Shown: positions 1 to 10,957, counted from the stretch's first letter. The stretch is 22,681 bases of DNA from an uncultured Acidobacteriota bacterium (GCA_963836075.1 CAWIIB010000002.1:1-22681); one strand, 5' to 3'. Numbers and translations are program-made. Notes: generated by a model from the sequence alone, not told the origin.

Positions 1-1059
1 AGGACGTCGTCGCCGTTCATGTCGCCCAGTCTCATCTTTCTGGGCGCTTCTCCCGCCGGATGTTCCTCGAACCCCCCGGAAGGTGCCGTCACCGTTTCCC
101 TCTGAGGACCGAAAACCTGTCGTGGTCGAAATTGGACACCACCAGATCCAGCCTGTGGTCGCCGTCCAGGTCGCCGGTGGTGATACCGCTCGGGTCCGCT
201 CCCGCATCGAAGGACACTCGCGGTTGAAATGTCCCTTCACCACTCCCCAGCAATACCGAAACCTGGTCTTCTTCCGGATTGGAGACGATCAGGTCCGGGT
301 GCCCGTCCTCGTTCGGATCTCCAACTCTCAGGGACCTCGGAGAGGGCCCGGCAGGGAGATGCACGGCAGGTGGAAACGTGCCGTAGCCATTGCCGAAGAA
401 GAGAGAAATACTATTTCCGGGGCCATCGGCCAGGGCCGCGTCCAGAACATCGTCACCGTTCAGGTCACCGAGTATCAAGGAACCTGCGTATTCACCGGCC
501 CGGTAGTGCACCGGGGCCTGGAAGCTGCCGTCACCGTTCCCCGTCAGAACCGAGAACAGCTTGCTGTATGTCCCGGCAACACCCAGGGTCGGGAGATTGC
601 CGTCGCCATTCAGGTCTCCGGCAGCGATGGAACTCATGCTGGTACCCACAAACTTGGGGTCCTGTTCTTGAAACCTCCCGTCTCCATTGCCCAGAAACAC
701 TCTTACTTCGAAGCTATTTGAATGAGCCACGGCCAGGTCAGGAATACAGTCATTGTTCAGGTCGGGACCACGGCGATGGACGAGGCCGAGCCGGAACTTG
801 GGTAATTCCAGACGGTGACAAACGTACAGTCACCGAGACCCAGGAGGGTCGAGACAGAGCTGAAATCATCAGTTCGCCACGGCAAATGCAGAATACCGTC
901 GAGGTTCAAATCATGGATGGCGATGTCGTTGGGGACGCCGCTCACATCGTAGTCGACACGCGCCATGAACATCCCGGTTGAGGCCGCCGCGGGGATTGAC
1001 AGCACCATAGAGAAAGCTACGGAAAGCAGGCGCCAGGTGAGCGTTTTTGGATTCTTCAT
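1..1059 (-). CDS. Secreted FG-GAP/VCBS repeat (integrin-alpha-like beta-propeller) protein; frameshifted, 3' end runs off the window
   Basis: ATG at 1059 with a GAGGTG SD, followed by the signal peptide MKNPKTLTWRLLSVAFSMVLSIPAAA. Repeats GDLNGDG...VSVLLGxGDGTF occur in ORFs 757-1089 and 89-730. Frame switches near 763 (DLNNDCIPDLAVAH) and near 95 (GNGDGTF...LGDMNGDDV continues to base 1). Confidence 0.88.
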
Positions 1060-1134
1060 TTGATCACCTCGGGCAGGAGAGAGATCCACATGCCTCGGCT
1101 CAGCACTTCAAGGGAAGATCTTCAGCATATGACA

Positions 1135-2888
1135 TTATCCATGAAAACCTCCGGCCCGGCTAATCCCCGTCCCGGATCGTTCAGGCCCCTTCCCCCAGCT
1201 GAGCCCTGCCACGTAGCGCCAGACCAGCCATCCGCTGACCGCGCAAACCAGCAGCAGCAGCGCTCCCAGCCAGGTGGGCCGAGCAGCAGCTTGCCCACGC
1301 CCGAACAGGGCGCAGTAGATGGCGATGACCGACAGGACAAAGGCCGGCACCGCCTTGATCGGCGCCGGGTCGCGGTCCGCACCGGGGACCTGCCGGGCGA
1401 TCGGCCTCCAGAGCCGGCCACCGGGCCTGATCCTGCGGTAGAACGCAGGGTCTCCTCGTCCACCGGTCGGGTCAGGAAGGTCGCGGCCAGGGCCGCCGCG
1501 ACGGTGATCGGCACGACGAAGAAGAGCACATGGGGATATAGGCCCCAGCCCCAACCTGAAGACGACGGTGCAGACCAGCGCGGAGACCATGGCCGCGATC
1601 TCGGACCAGGCGTTGATCCGCCACCAGTACCAGCGCAGGATGTAGATGATCGTCACGCCGCCGCTGATCGAGGTGATGATGTACCAGCCCTCGCGGATCG
1701 AGTGCATCAGCGTGGTCACCAGCATGCCCAGGACCGCCAGGAACACCGTGAACACCATCGACGCGACGATGTAGTGGCGCTGGGTCGCCTCGGGCTTGAT
1801 GAACCGCTTGTAGACGTCGTTGACCAGGTAGGAGGCGCCCCAGTTCAGGTGGGTGTCGATGGTCGACATGTAGGCGGCGAAGAAGGAGGCGATCACCAGC
1901 CCGAGGATCCCGGGGGCAGGAACTCCTTCATCAGCAGGATGTAGCCGATCTCCGGGTCCTCGAGCGCCGGGTAGAGGACCGCGGCGCAGAGGCCGGCCAG
2001 GATCCAGGGCCACGAGCGCAGGCAGTACTGGGCGATGTTGTACCAGAGCGTGCCGAGGAAGGCGTGCTTCTCGTTCCTGGCGCTGAGCATGCGCTGCACC
2101 ATGGCGCCCGCCGCCGCCGACGTTCGCCGCCGCCCACCACTGGAAGAAGATGAAGGTCATGACCGGCACGAAGAGCTCGGACCCTGAGCGGGGGAAGAAG
2201 GCGGTGATCTCGGCGGCCCGCTCGGCGCCCGTGGGCCTCGACCAGCCCGGCCTGCAGGCCGTCCAGGCCGCCCGACGCCCTGCACCGCCACCACCGCCAG
2301 GTAGATGCGCCGAACATCGAGATGAAGAACTGGATGAGGTCGGTGGCCATCACGCCCTCGCAGCCCCGCCATCATGGTGTAGACCAGGCTGAAGCCGAAG
2401 CAGAAGTAGAGCGGCGTGGGTCTCGTCGATGCCGACGGTGTTGGCCAGCACCTTGACCATGGCCAGGTTGACCCAGCCGATGATGATGCAGTTGCAGAGC
2501 ACCCCGGAGTGGATCGAGAGATAGCCGCGCAGGAAGCTCGCCGGCCTGCCGCTGTAGCGCAGCTCGATGAGCTCGACGTCGGTGAGTCACCCGGCTGCGC
2601 CGCCAGAGCCGGGAGAAGAAGAAGACGACCAGCATGCCGGCCATGGCCGAGGCCCACCAGTACCAGTTCCAGGCGATGCCGCTCTTGATGACGAAGCCGC
2701 TGACCGCCAGGGGCGTGTCGGCGGCGAAGGAGGTGGCGGCCATGCTGGTGCCCAGCAGCCACCAGGAGGCTTTGCGGCCCGAGACGAAGTACTCTCGATC
2801 CCGGAGGTGGCCGGCGCATGTGGTAGAGGCCCATACCCAGGGCCAGCACCAGGTAGGCGATGACGATCGTCCAGTCGAGGGTTGACAC
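1135..2888 (-). CDS. Sodium:solute symporter (SSS family), multiple frameshifts
   Basis: N-terminus MSTLDWTIVIAYLVLALG, then SMAATSFAADTPLAV, TDLIQFF, QRMLSARNEKHA, AAYMSTIDTHLNWGASYLVNDVYKRF and LRWYWWRINAWSEI, spread over several frames. Confidence 0.92.
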
Positions 2889-2904
2889 GGTTCAGATCCT
2901 GCCC

Positions 2905-2960
2905 GTCATTGCGAGCCACCGACCCGCGGGGAACGCGCACAGCTGGGGGTCATGCTAGGG
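2905..2960. repeat. Dispersed GTCATTGCGAG REP-like element, copy 1
   Basis: 2907-2931 cattgcgagccaccgacccgcgggg matches 22589-22613 at 22/25 nt, with similar downstream ggtca...tagg. Confidence 0.6.
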
Positions 2961-2967
2961 CTCAGTC

Positions 2968-3022
2968 TTGACAATCACGTACGGACGTGTCAATCAGTGA
3001 TATAGAAAAATGGTTATGTCAA
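2968..3022. promoter_or_regulatory. Candidate operator/promoter region upstream of the SSS gene
   Basis: TTGACA (2968-2973) and TGTCAA (2988-2993) form an inverted repeat around a cacgt-acgg-acgtg palindrome. A further TGTCAA lies at 3017-3022 in a locally AT-rich patch. Confidence 0.4.
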
Positions 3023-3051
3023 CCTGACCCCGTACGTATCGACTTTGTTTG

Positions 3052-4495
3052 TCATTACGAGGAGGCTCCCACTCCATCTCCGGGTCGAAGGGAAACAGCG
3101 GCCGGTCGAGCCGCCGGTAGCGGCAGGCCGGTGATGTTCTGGTTCACCGCGCCGGGGGTCAGGGCCAGCAATGACGCCGCGGCGAGCTGCCGCAGTCGGG
3201 CACCAGGTAGCCGATTTTCACCACGATGATCTTGAACGCTTCGGGCGTCGAGGCCCAGCTCGATGAACTGTCCCGGTGGTGGAACGGTGTCCGCCGTTCG
3301 GTGATGATCACCGTGATACCACGGGTGTCCAGGACCGCCACCTGGTTGGGCAGCTCGTCGCCGGCGCCGGATCGGAGCAGGGTAGAGTGAGACGGATCAC
3401 CTGCCCGGTAACCCGCAGCGGCCGGCCGTTCAGTGGGTCGAGCTTCCCACCAAGCTCCAGCGCCACCCCCGCCCCGCGGCCCGCCCGCCGGCAGGCTGGC
3501 CACGCGCCGGGGTCGGTGATCCCGGCAACCAGTGCGTTCTCGACCCCCAGCTCGAGCATCCGCTCCAGGGCAAACGGCACATCGCCCGCTCCCCCGGCCG
3601 TGGGGTTGTCCCCCGAGTCGCTGATCAGCACCGGATGCCCGGATCGGCCCGGGCCTGATCGAGACACTGGTCCACCGATCCGGCAAAGCACACCGAACCG
3701 GAACTCCCGGCGCAGCTCCCATAAGCGTCGGGCCAGGAACTCGCGCCGCCTCACGACGCGGCTCGGGTCCGGTCCGAGGGTGACCACCGAGGCCGAGGCA
3801 CGGGGCTCGTCGGCCCACACATAACCCATGAGGATCGACGCGTCCAGGAGACCGAATTGATCGATCACCATCGGGATCATCCCGTAGAGGCTCGCCGGCC
3901 GGCTCCCAGCCGGTGCCGGCTCTGCTCGCCGGGCAGCAGAATCGGCACCGTGATGTGGCTCTTGACCGGTCGTCTCAGCGGCTGCGCAGGCAATCCACCA
4001 GCAGCCGGCACGCCCGCTCAACGGTCTCGTACCAGTCCTCGTGGGGCGCGGTGCGGTAGGCGGTGAGCAGGTCGAGATTCGCCATCAACCCTGGCCGAGA
4101 AATTCCCGTGAAGGTCATAGCTGGCGGCGATCAGGCAATCCGGCCCGCCGCCTGGCGGATCGAGGCGATCAAGTGCCCTCGGCATCCTCCATTCCGAAGA
4201 CGGTCGCCGCGCCGTGCATCGGCAGGAGAAGCCCGTCGAAAGGGCCCTGGTCATCGAATCGACCGCAGCAGGTCGTTCTTGAAACTCGTCGTAGAACAGA
4301 CGTCTGATTCGGCCGCCGGGGAGCGCTCTGGCCCGAGACAGAGGGATAAACTCGGATCCGGGATAGTCGGCCCAGGAAACCGTACTGCCGAAGTAGGTGC
4401 CGGCCTCGGAGAGATGTGAAAATCCTCCTCCGCTGGTGGCCAGGGGAGAAAAGGTGGAGCACTCGCAGCTCAGACCGGCGATCACCGATGCGCAT
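3052..4495 (-). CDS. M81 family (MlrC-like) metallopeptidase/amidohydrolase, multiple frameshifts; 3' end approximate (about 3052 or 2995)
   Basis: Motifs IAGLSCECSTFSP, ARALPGG, MHGA, ASYDLHGNFS, DASILMGYVWADEPR, ISDSGDNPTAGGAGD, IIVVKIGYL, LALTPGAVNQ and RPLFPFDP. The start ATG overlaps the cutC stop (TGATG at 4493-4497). Confidence 0.88.
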
Positions 4496-5250
4496 CAGGC
4501 CTCCTTCTGGCGGCGGCTGCGCAGATGGCCCGGATCCGCTCCCGGTCGGTCACCAGCCGCTAGATATTCCGAGAGTCGGCGGTCCGATCCCATGAAGGCC
4601 TCGTCGTTCCGGAACTCCATCGGGCTGGATACCTGCCGCTCGGCCAGCACGTGGAATTCCGCGGCACGGGTCTGGCTGATCAGGCCGGCGATGTTCGTCT
4701 CATCGATCCCCACGCCGGGCATGATGATGATCTGGTCGCCGGCCCGCCGCACCAGCTCGGCGATCAGATCGGCGCCAGCCACGGCCGACGACTGCTGCCC
4801 GGAGGTCAGCACGCGGTCCACACCGAGGGCCACCAGGTCCTCAAGGGCGGCAAAGGGATCGGCGGTCATGTCGAAGGCGCGGTGAAAGGTCACGCTCATC
4901 GGCCGGGCCAGCTCGACCAGCTCCCGGCACTGCTCGCAGTTGACAGTCGCCGTACGTATCAAGGATGCCGAAGACCACCCCGTCGGCGCCCGCCTCCCCG
5001 GCGGCCAGCAGGTCGGTCTTCATGATCTCCAGTTCCTGGAGGAGTAGCAGAAATCTCCGCCCCGAGGCCGGATCATCACGTTGAGCCCGATGTCGAGATG
5101 CTTCCGGGCTGCCCGGATGGCCCCGAGGCTGGGCGTGGTGCCCGCCTTCGTGGAGGTTGTCGCAGAGCTCCACCCGGCCGGCGCCGCCGTGGCGGCCTCG
5201 ACGGCCGACTCCACCGAGTTGACACAGGCTTCGAGGAGGATGTCGTCCAT
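4495..5250 (-). CDS. cutC: CutC family TIM-barrel protein, frameshifted
   Basis: Motifs LLEACVNSVESA, ELCDNLHEGG, TTPSLG, VMIRPRGGDFCY, GADGVVFGIL, TFHRAFD, RVLTSGQ and IIIMPG. Confidence 0.93.
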
Positions 5251-5349
5251 ATCTATTTATATCCCACCTTAAAATGGCTCACAAACCCCGGCTCCGGATT
5301 GCCCCGGCACATGCTCTTTTCCGCAGGGGGAACACCGCCACTCCTGCCT

Positions 5350-5378
5350 TTGACTCCGACGGGCAAAACCACTATTCT
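5350..5378 (+). promoter_or_regulatory. Sigma70-type promoter for the GT2 gene
   Basis: TTGACT (5350-5355), 17 nt, TATTCT (5373-5378), about 85 nt upstream of ATG 5462. Confidence 0.55.
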
Positions 5379-5461
5379 TACTGCCGGTTAGCAGACAATA
5401 AACATCGTCGCTCCCCCGCTTGCCGGAGAGGAGCGGCGGTATCTGTACGGGGAGTGGAGCG

Positions 5462-6180
5462 ATGCCGGAACAGGAGAATCTCGACCTTCAAATCATCATG
5501 CCGGTGCACAATGAAGGTGAAAGCATTGAGGCGACGCTGCAGGAATGGTACGACGAATTGTCACCGCGGCTGAGCATTCAGTTCATCGTCTGCGAGGACG
5601 GCAGCCGGGACAACACCAAGGAGGTGTTGACCCGGACTTAGAAAGAACTGCCCATGATCCTCGACATGGTGGACGGCCGGCGGGGCTATGCCGGCGCGGT
5701 GGTGGACGCCTTCCGCCACTCCACCGCCCCCTTTGTCCTCGCCGTCGACTCCGACGGGCAGTGCGCTCCTGCTGATTTCTGGCAGTTCTGGGAGAAGAGG
5801 GACCAGTTCGACATCGGCATCGGATGGCGCACCGACGCCAGGACTCCCTCACTCGAAAAATCATGTCCGGCTCGTTCAAGCTGCTGCACAAAACGCTCTT
5901 CTCCCACGAGATCCACGATCCCAGCTGTCCCTACCTGCTGATCAAAAGACCCGCCCTGGAACAGTTGCTCCCCGACCTGGGTCTGCTCACCGAGGGGTTC
6001 TGGTGGGAGTTTGTCGGCCGGGCCACCAACGCCGGCCTGCGTATCGAGGAATTCCCCATCCAGCACCGCCTGCGCACCGCCGGTTCCACCGTGGTCTTCA
6101 AAATGTCGAAGATCCCCCGGATTGCCCTGCGCAACGGCCTGGGCCTGATCAAGGTCTGGCGCCAGACCCGGCCGAAATAA
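5462..6180 (+). CDS. Glycosyltransferase family 2 (polyprenol-phosphate glycosyltransferase-like); internal TAG at 5639-5641 and a frameshift near 5830
   Basis: Motifs IIMPVHNEGESI, VCEDGSRDNT, RGYAGAV, VDSDGQ (DXD), RQDSLTRKIMS, IHDPSCPY and EEFPIQHRLR. GGAG SD precedes the ATG. Confidence 0.88.
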
Positions 6181-6391
6181 CCTTCCCCTCTGCCACAGCG
6201 TGGCGCCCGCGGAGAGCCGGTTCGCCCGACGCCGGCAGACTGGAGATCAGGGAGGACTGGCCGTCCGGCAGGTCTGCGACGACCGGGGGCAGCAGGCAGA
6301 AGAAGGAGAGCCAGAACACAGCAGGCAGCGGCAAACTCACGATTTCGCCTCCATCGGCACACACCGGACTGGATGGTTGACAGCGGCAGAC

Positions 6392-7247
6392 CTACCAGTG
6401 CCCTCCAGCCTTGCCCTTACGGTTGAGATAGGTCTGTTCCAGTTCCTTGCTCAGAAATTCGAATGTCTCCTCGGGATCGTCTCACGCTTGAACAGGTCGC
6501 GGTCCTCGGGGCTGATGGTGCCCAACTCGACCATGGCGTCGAGGTTGATCACCTCGTCCCAGTAGTCGCGTGCCGTAGAGCACGATCGGCAGCTGCTTCT
6601 TCGATCTTTCGGTCTGGACCAGGGTCAGAATCTCGAACAACTCGTCCAGGGTGCCGAAGCCGCCGGGGAAGACCACCAGCGCCTTGGCCAGGTAGACGAA
6701 CCAGAACTTGCGCATGAAGAAGTAGTGGAACTCGAAGTTGAGCTTGTGCGATGATGTAGCGGATTGGCGTTCTGCTCGAACGGGAGGCTGATGTTCAGGC
6801 CGACGGTCTCGCCGTCGGCCTCGCTGGCGCCGCGGTTGGCGGCTTCCATGATGCCCGGGCCGCCGCCCGAACAGACGGTGAAGCGTCGCGCTCCGTCCCT
6901 CCAGGCCCTTGGACCAGGTGGTCAGCGGTGGGCCAGCCGGCGGGCGTCTTCGTAGTATCGGTCGAGCAGGCGGCTCCCGCCTGTCGCGTCACCACGCTCT
7001 CGGCCTCCTCCGCGGCGCTAGGCCCGCGCCGAGCCGAAGAAGACGATGGTGTCCTTGATCCGGTGGCGGCGGAAGCGCGGCACCGGCTCCAGGTACTCGG
7101 CGAGGATGCGGATCACCCGGGCGTCGGGGCTATTCAGGAACTCGGGTTCTTGTAGGCCTTGACCGGACGGTGATGATCGCGGGTCACGCCTTGGCTGTCG
7201 TCATCGGGCGTCCGGACCTCATTGCGCTTTTTTGACACGGTATCCAT
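6392..7247 (-). CDS. LOG family (TIGR00730-like) nucleotide phosphoribohydrolase, frameshifted
   Basis: [50 protein letters not shown] and [38 protein letters not shown] at 7247 with a GAGG SD; TAG at 6392-6394. Confidence 0.92.
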
Positions 7248-7347
7248 ACCTCGTTAGCGGGACAGACAAAAAAACATCCCGCCGGAAGACGGACATATCC
7301 TCCGGCCCGGAGGAACCGGGCCAGGTGAAGCGCCGTTAAAAGCCGGC

Positions 7348-9615
7348 TCAAGCCATGGGGGCGGGATCGCCGTCTTCGAACCGCTCTTCCTGCGGAGCGA
7401 GAATTCTTTCCGCTCCCCGTACCGGCCCTGGTAGCGGTAGTAAGGATAGTAATAGTAGTAGCCGTGGCGGGTCATGTCCAGGTTGTTGGTCACCACGCCG
7501 AGGACCCGAACCCCGGCAGCGTCGAGACGCTCCTTCACTGCCTGCAGGGCGTCCCGTTCGGTCACGCCCGCCGTGGATCACCAGCACCAGCCCATCCGAC
7601 TTCACCCCGAGAATAACCGGATCGGTCACGGAGAGAATCGGCGGCGAGTCGAAAATGATGTGGTCCACGGCATGCTCGCGATACATCCGCTCGACAAACT
7701 CGTCGAAGCGGACCGAACTGATCAACTCGCTGGGATCGGGAGGCACCGGCCCGGAGGTGATAAAGGAGAGCGCGGGCACCTTGCCCTGGGGCTGCACCAG
7801 CAGATCCTCGAAATTGATGATCCCGGCCAGGTAGTGGCTCATCCCGCCCTTCTTGCCGTCGGCCAGGAATACCTTGTGGATTTTAGGCCGGCGCAGATCC
7901 GTGTCCACCAGCAGGACCCGCCGGCCCAACTGGGCCAGGGTGATGGCCAGGTTGACCGAAGTGGCCGTCTTGCCTTCTCCGGGGGAAGCGCTGCTCACCA
8001 CGATGGTCCGCGGCGGCTCACCGGCCCCACTGAGCAGCAACGATGTGCGAACCGAGCGGTAGGCTTCGGCAACCAGCGATTTGCTGTCCTCGTAACAGAC
8101 GGCATAGATCGGGTCCACCGCACCTGCCGGTGCTTCCGGTTTGCTATCGGACTTTTTCGCCGCTTGCCCCCGTTGGTTTTATCCCCGTTGGTGGACAGAG
8201 TGGGAATCGCCCCCAGGGTCGGCAGGCCGAAGAGCTTGGTCACTTCTTCGCCGGACTTAACCGTCCGGTCGAGAAACTCGAGGAGGAAGGCCACTCCCAC
8301 GCCCAGGATCAAGCTCAGGGCAAAGCCGAGAGCCACATTGCGCCGTTTCTTCGGCTTGAATATCAAACCTCGGCAATTCGGCCGGATCGACGATCCTGAT
8401 GTTGCTGCTCCCGATCCCCTGCAGCTGTGCGGTGACGTTCGCCTCGGACTGCCGCTGAAGAAGCGACTGGAGCAACTGGGACTTGCTTTTGACTTCCATG
8501 GACAGGGAGTCGTACTGGATGGCGCTGAGGTTGCGGTCCAGGGCCCGGCTCTTCTGTTCGTCGAACATATCCTTGAGCGAGTTCTCGTTTTCGCGGGCCC
8601 GATCGAACTCGGTCCGCGCCGCCTTGAGCGCCTCGCGATAGATCTCGTTGCTCTTGTTGTTCAGCCGCTGACGGGTCTTTTCGATTTCAGATCGGAGACG
8701 CACCTGCTCGGGCATGGCGTCCTTGAACTTCTTGGTGTTCCGGGCATACTCGCCTTCCAGCTCGGTGATCTCCTGTCTTCAACTGGGTCACCTGCTGGTT
8801 GTTCTGGACCTCGGGGATCGATCCCGGAGAGGCATCCTTCATCCTCTCATACGTGGTTTCCAGACGTATTCGGTCGGTCTGGGCCCGGGTAAAGGACTGG
8901 TTCAGCTCCACCAGCCGCTGACTGGTGATGTCCTGGCCCTCCGAGGTTCCGATGATGTCGGACAGCTTGCCGTATTCCTGGAGCTGCTTCTGCTTGTCCT
9001 CCAGTTCCTGCTGCAGCCCCTCGACCTGGGTGGAGAGGAAATTGCGGGCTTGCTCGGTGGCCGAATACCGCGACTCGAGGCTGAACGAAATATAGGCCTG
9101 GGCCACGGAATTGGCCAACCGGGCAGCCATTTCCTTGTCCGGGGAGAGCATCGAGACTTCGACGATGTTGCTGTCCTTCACCGGGTTGATCTCGATGGTT
9201 TTCATCAGGCTTTCGGCTATCCGGTCGCGGAGAGTCTCCGCATCCAGCGCTCCGCCATCCTCCTCGCCATCTTCTCGGAATAAACAGCGGCGAAGTCGGT
9301 GAGATCCAGCAGATCCACCACGCGCTTGGCCACGGTCTTGCTCGTGATCAGTTGGTACTGGGTGTTGAAAAAGGTGTAGTAGTCGTAGCGCTGGACGAAC
9401 ACCTCGTTGCCCATGGCCATGTTGCTCACCGTCGATTCCCGCTCGATGAGCACCGAGGTGGTGGCCTGGTACTGGGGTGTCTGGACAAAGGTGTGGATGA
9501 TGGTGAGGAGAAGGCCGAGCACGGTCAGCAGGATGACCAGCCGTTTTCGCTTGATCAGGATATAGTAGTAATTCCGGAGGTTGAATTCCTGTCCGGTGGT
9601 TTCCTCTTCGGCCAT
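7348..9615 (-). CDS. wzc: Polysaccharide co-polymerase / BY tyrosine autokinase (Wzc/GumC-type), frameshifted
   Basis: N-terminal TM followed by TPQYQATTSVLI, periplasmic coiled coils, NIRIVDPAELP and a second TM. Then AEAYRSVRT, Walker A SASPGEGKT, A' DTDLRRP, B IFDSPP and the Tyr cluster GYYYYYPYYRY. One extra G in the GGGG near 7416 gives stop 7348; the literal frame stops at 7254. Confidence 0.93.
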
Positions 9616-9637
9616 CCCGTCCCCCTCTGAAGCGGCA

Positions 9638-10957
9638 CTAGAAGATCGTTTCCGGTACCACGACCACGTCCTTGTCCTGGAGCAGGATATCTTCCTGCTT
9701 GCCCTTGAGGATCTTCTTCAGGTTGACGTCGATCTGTTCTTCCGTGCCGCCGGGCGATTTCCGTTTGACCCGAACCTTGTCCGCCGCGGCACGGTCAGTC
9801 AGGCCGCCCGCCTTGGTGATCGCTTGCAGCAGGGAGATGACGTCAGATTTTTTGAAGGACAGTTCACCCGGCTGCCTCACGGCGCCGTAGATGTACACCG
9901 ACATCTCGCGGATCAGCCGGAATGTTGATCACGTCACCGGACTGCACCTGGATGTTCAGCTCCGACCGCCCCTGGATCATCAACTCATCAATATTGACCG
10001 TGATCCGCCGCGACTCGCCGTCGGCCCCGATTCGAATGACATAGAGCTCCGGTCCCGCATTGTCCGTCAGGCCGCCCGCCTCGGAGATCATGTGGATCAG
10101 CGTCCTGCTGCCCAGCAGCTTGTAGGTCCCCGGTTTCTGGACCGAACCGATCACCGAAACGCTCCGGCTCCGGAACTCACGGATGAAGACCGAGACCTGG
10201 GGACTGTTGATATACTTTTCTTCGAGGAGGTTGCGAACCACTTCCTCGAGCCCCCGGCGGGTATGTCCTTCGGCCCGCACCTCACCGAGAAGCGGCAGGG
10301 TGATCATCCCCTCTTCCGAAACTCGCACCGTCTTGTTCAGCCCTTCGAGCTCGAACACCGAGACTTCCAGCAGATCCTCGGGACCGATGATGTAGTCACT
10401 GCGTTGGGTGGATAGGGAGGCCTGGCCGATCACCGGTTTTACCGACAGGTTGGCGCTGGTCCATTCCGGTCCGGTTGGCGCGGCTGCGGTTTCCACCGGC
10501 TCGGCATCCAGGGGCTCCACCGGGGCATCGGCCGGTGGATCGGAAAGAGCGCTGGTGGCCCCCCCGGATACAGACGGTCCACCACAACTTCGGCATCATC
10601 GTAACCCGCTTCGATAAACTGCGCCTGGAGAGCCTCGGCCTCTCCCGTGGTACGGAACTCACCGATCTCCACCCTGTACACGCCACTCTTGGCGCTGAAT
10701 TCGATGACCGCCTTCTGGCCCTTGAAGCGATCGTCCTTCTCGATCTTTTTTTTCGCCTTCTTGGCCCGGCGCGAGGAAAAATACGCGGCGACCTGGACGC
10801 GATACGTACCCTCTTCATCAGCGGACAACTGCCCCTCATCCGGCCCCCGGGAAACGTCGTTGTCGGCCCGAACCACACCGGCCAGCGGGATGGCTGCTGC
10901 CAGCGACAAAACGATCAGGATTGCCAGGAAATATCTGTTGTTGCTACTGTTCACCAT
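9638..10957 (-). CDS. OPX/Wza-like polysaccharide export protein with an N-terminal SPOR domain (signal peptide, SPOR, linker, Poly_export, two SLBB); frameshifts near 10560 and 9905
   Basis: ATG 10957 with a GGAGG SD. SPOR-like YRVQVAAY...VYRVEIGEFRTTGEAEAL. Poly_export DYIIGPEDLLEVSVF...GMITLPLLGEVRAEG. SLBB motifs VSVIGSVQKPG...AGGLT and VYIYGAVRQPG...AGGLT. Ends DKDVVVVPETIF. Confidence 0.85.

Noticed and set aside
3052-4495. Microcystin degradation cluster
   Set aside because: There is no mlrA, mlrB or mlrD context, and the M81 family is widespread.
3031-4960. cgtacgtatc repeated at 3031 and 4951
   Set aside because: It is a 10-mer with the second copy inside cutC coding sequence, compatible with chance.
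5639-5641. In-frame TAG in the GT2 gene as pyrrolysine or read-through
   Set aside because: CGG ACT TAG AAA is easily a compensating indel pair of CGG CTT GAG AAA (RLEK). No pyl genes are in the window and the region is indel-rich.
6149-6364. 71-aa hydrophobic minus-strand ORF between GT2 and LOG
   Set aside because: It has no convincing SD or family motif, and it overlaps the GT2 3' end.
10559-10565. Poly-G tract as a phase-variation switch in the export gene
   Set aside because: The tract is only 7 nt and indistinguishable from the many homopolymer errors nearby. Read-level heterogeneity would be needed to support it.
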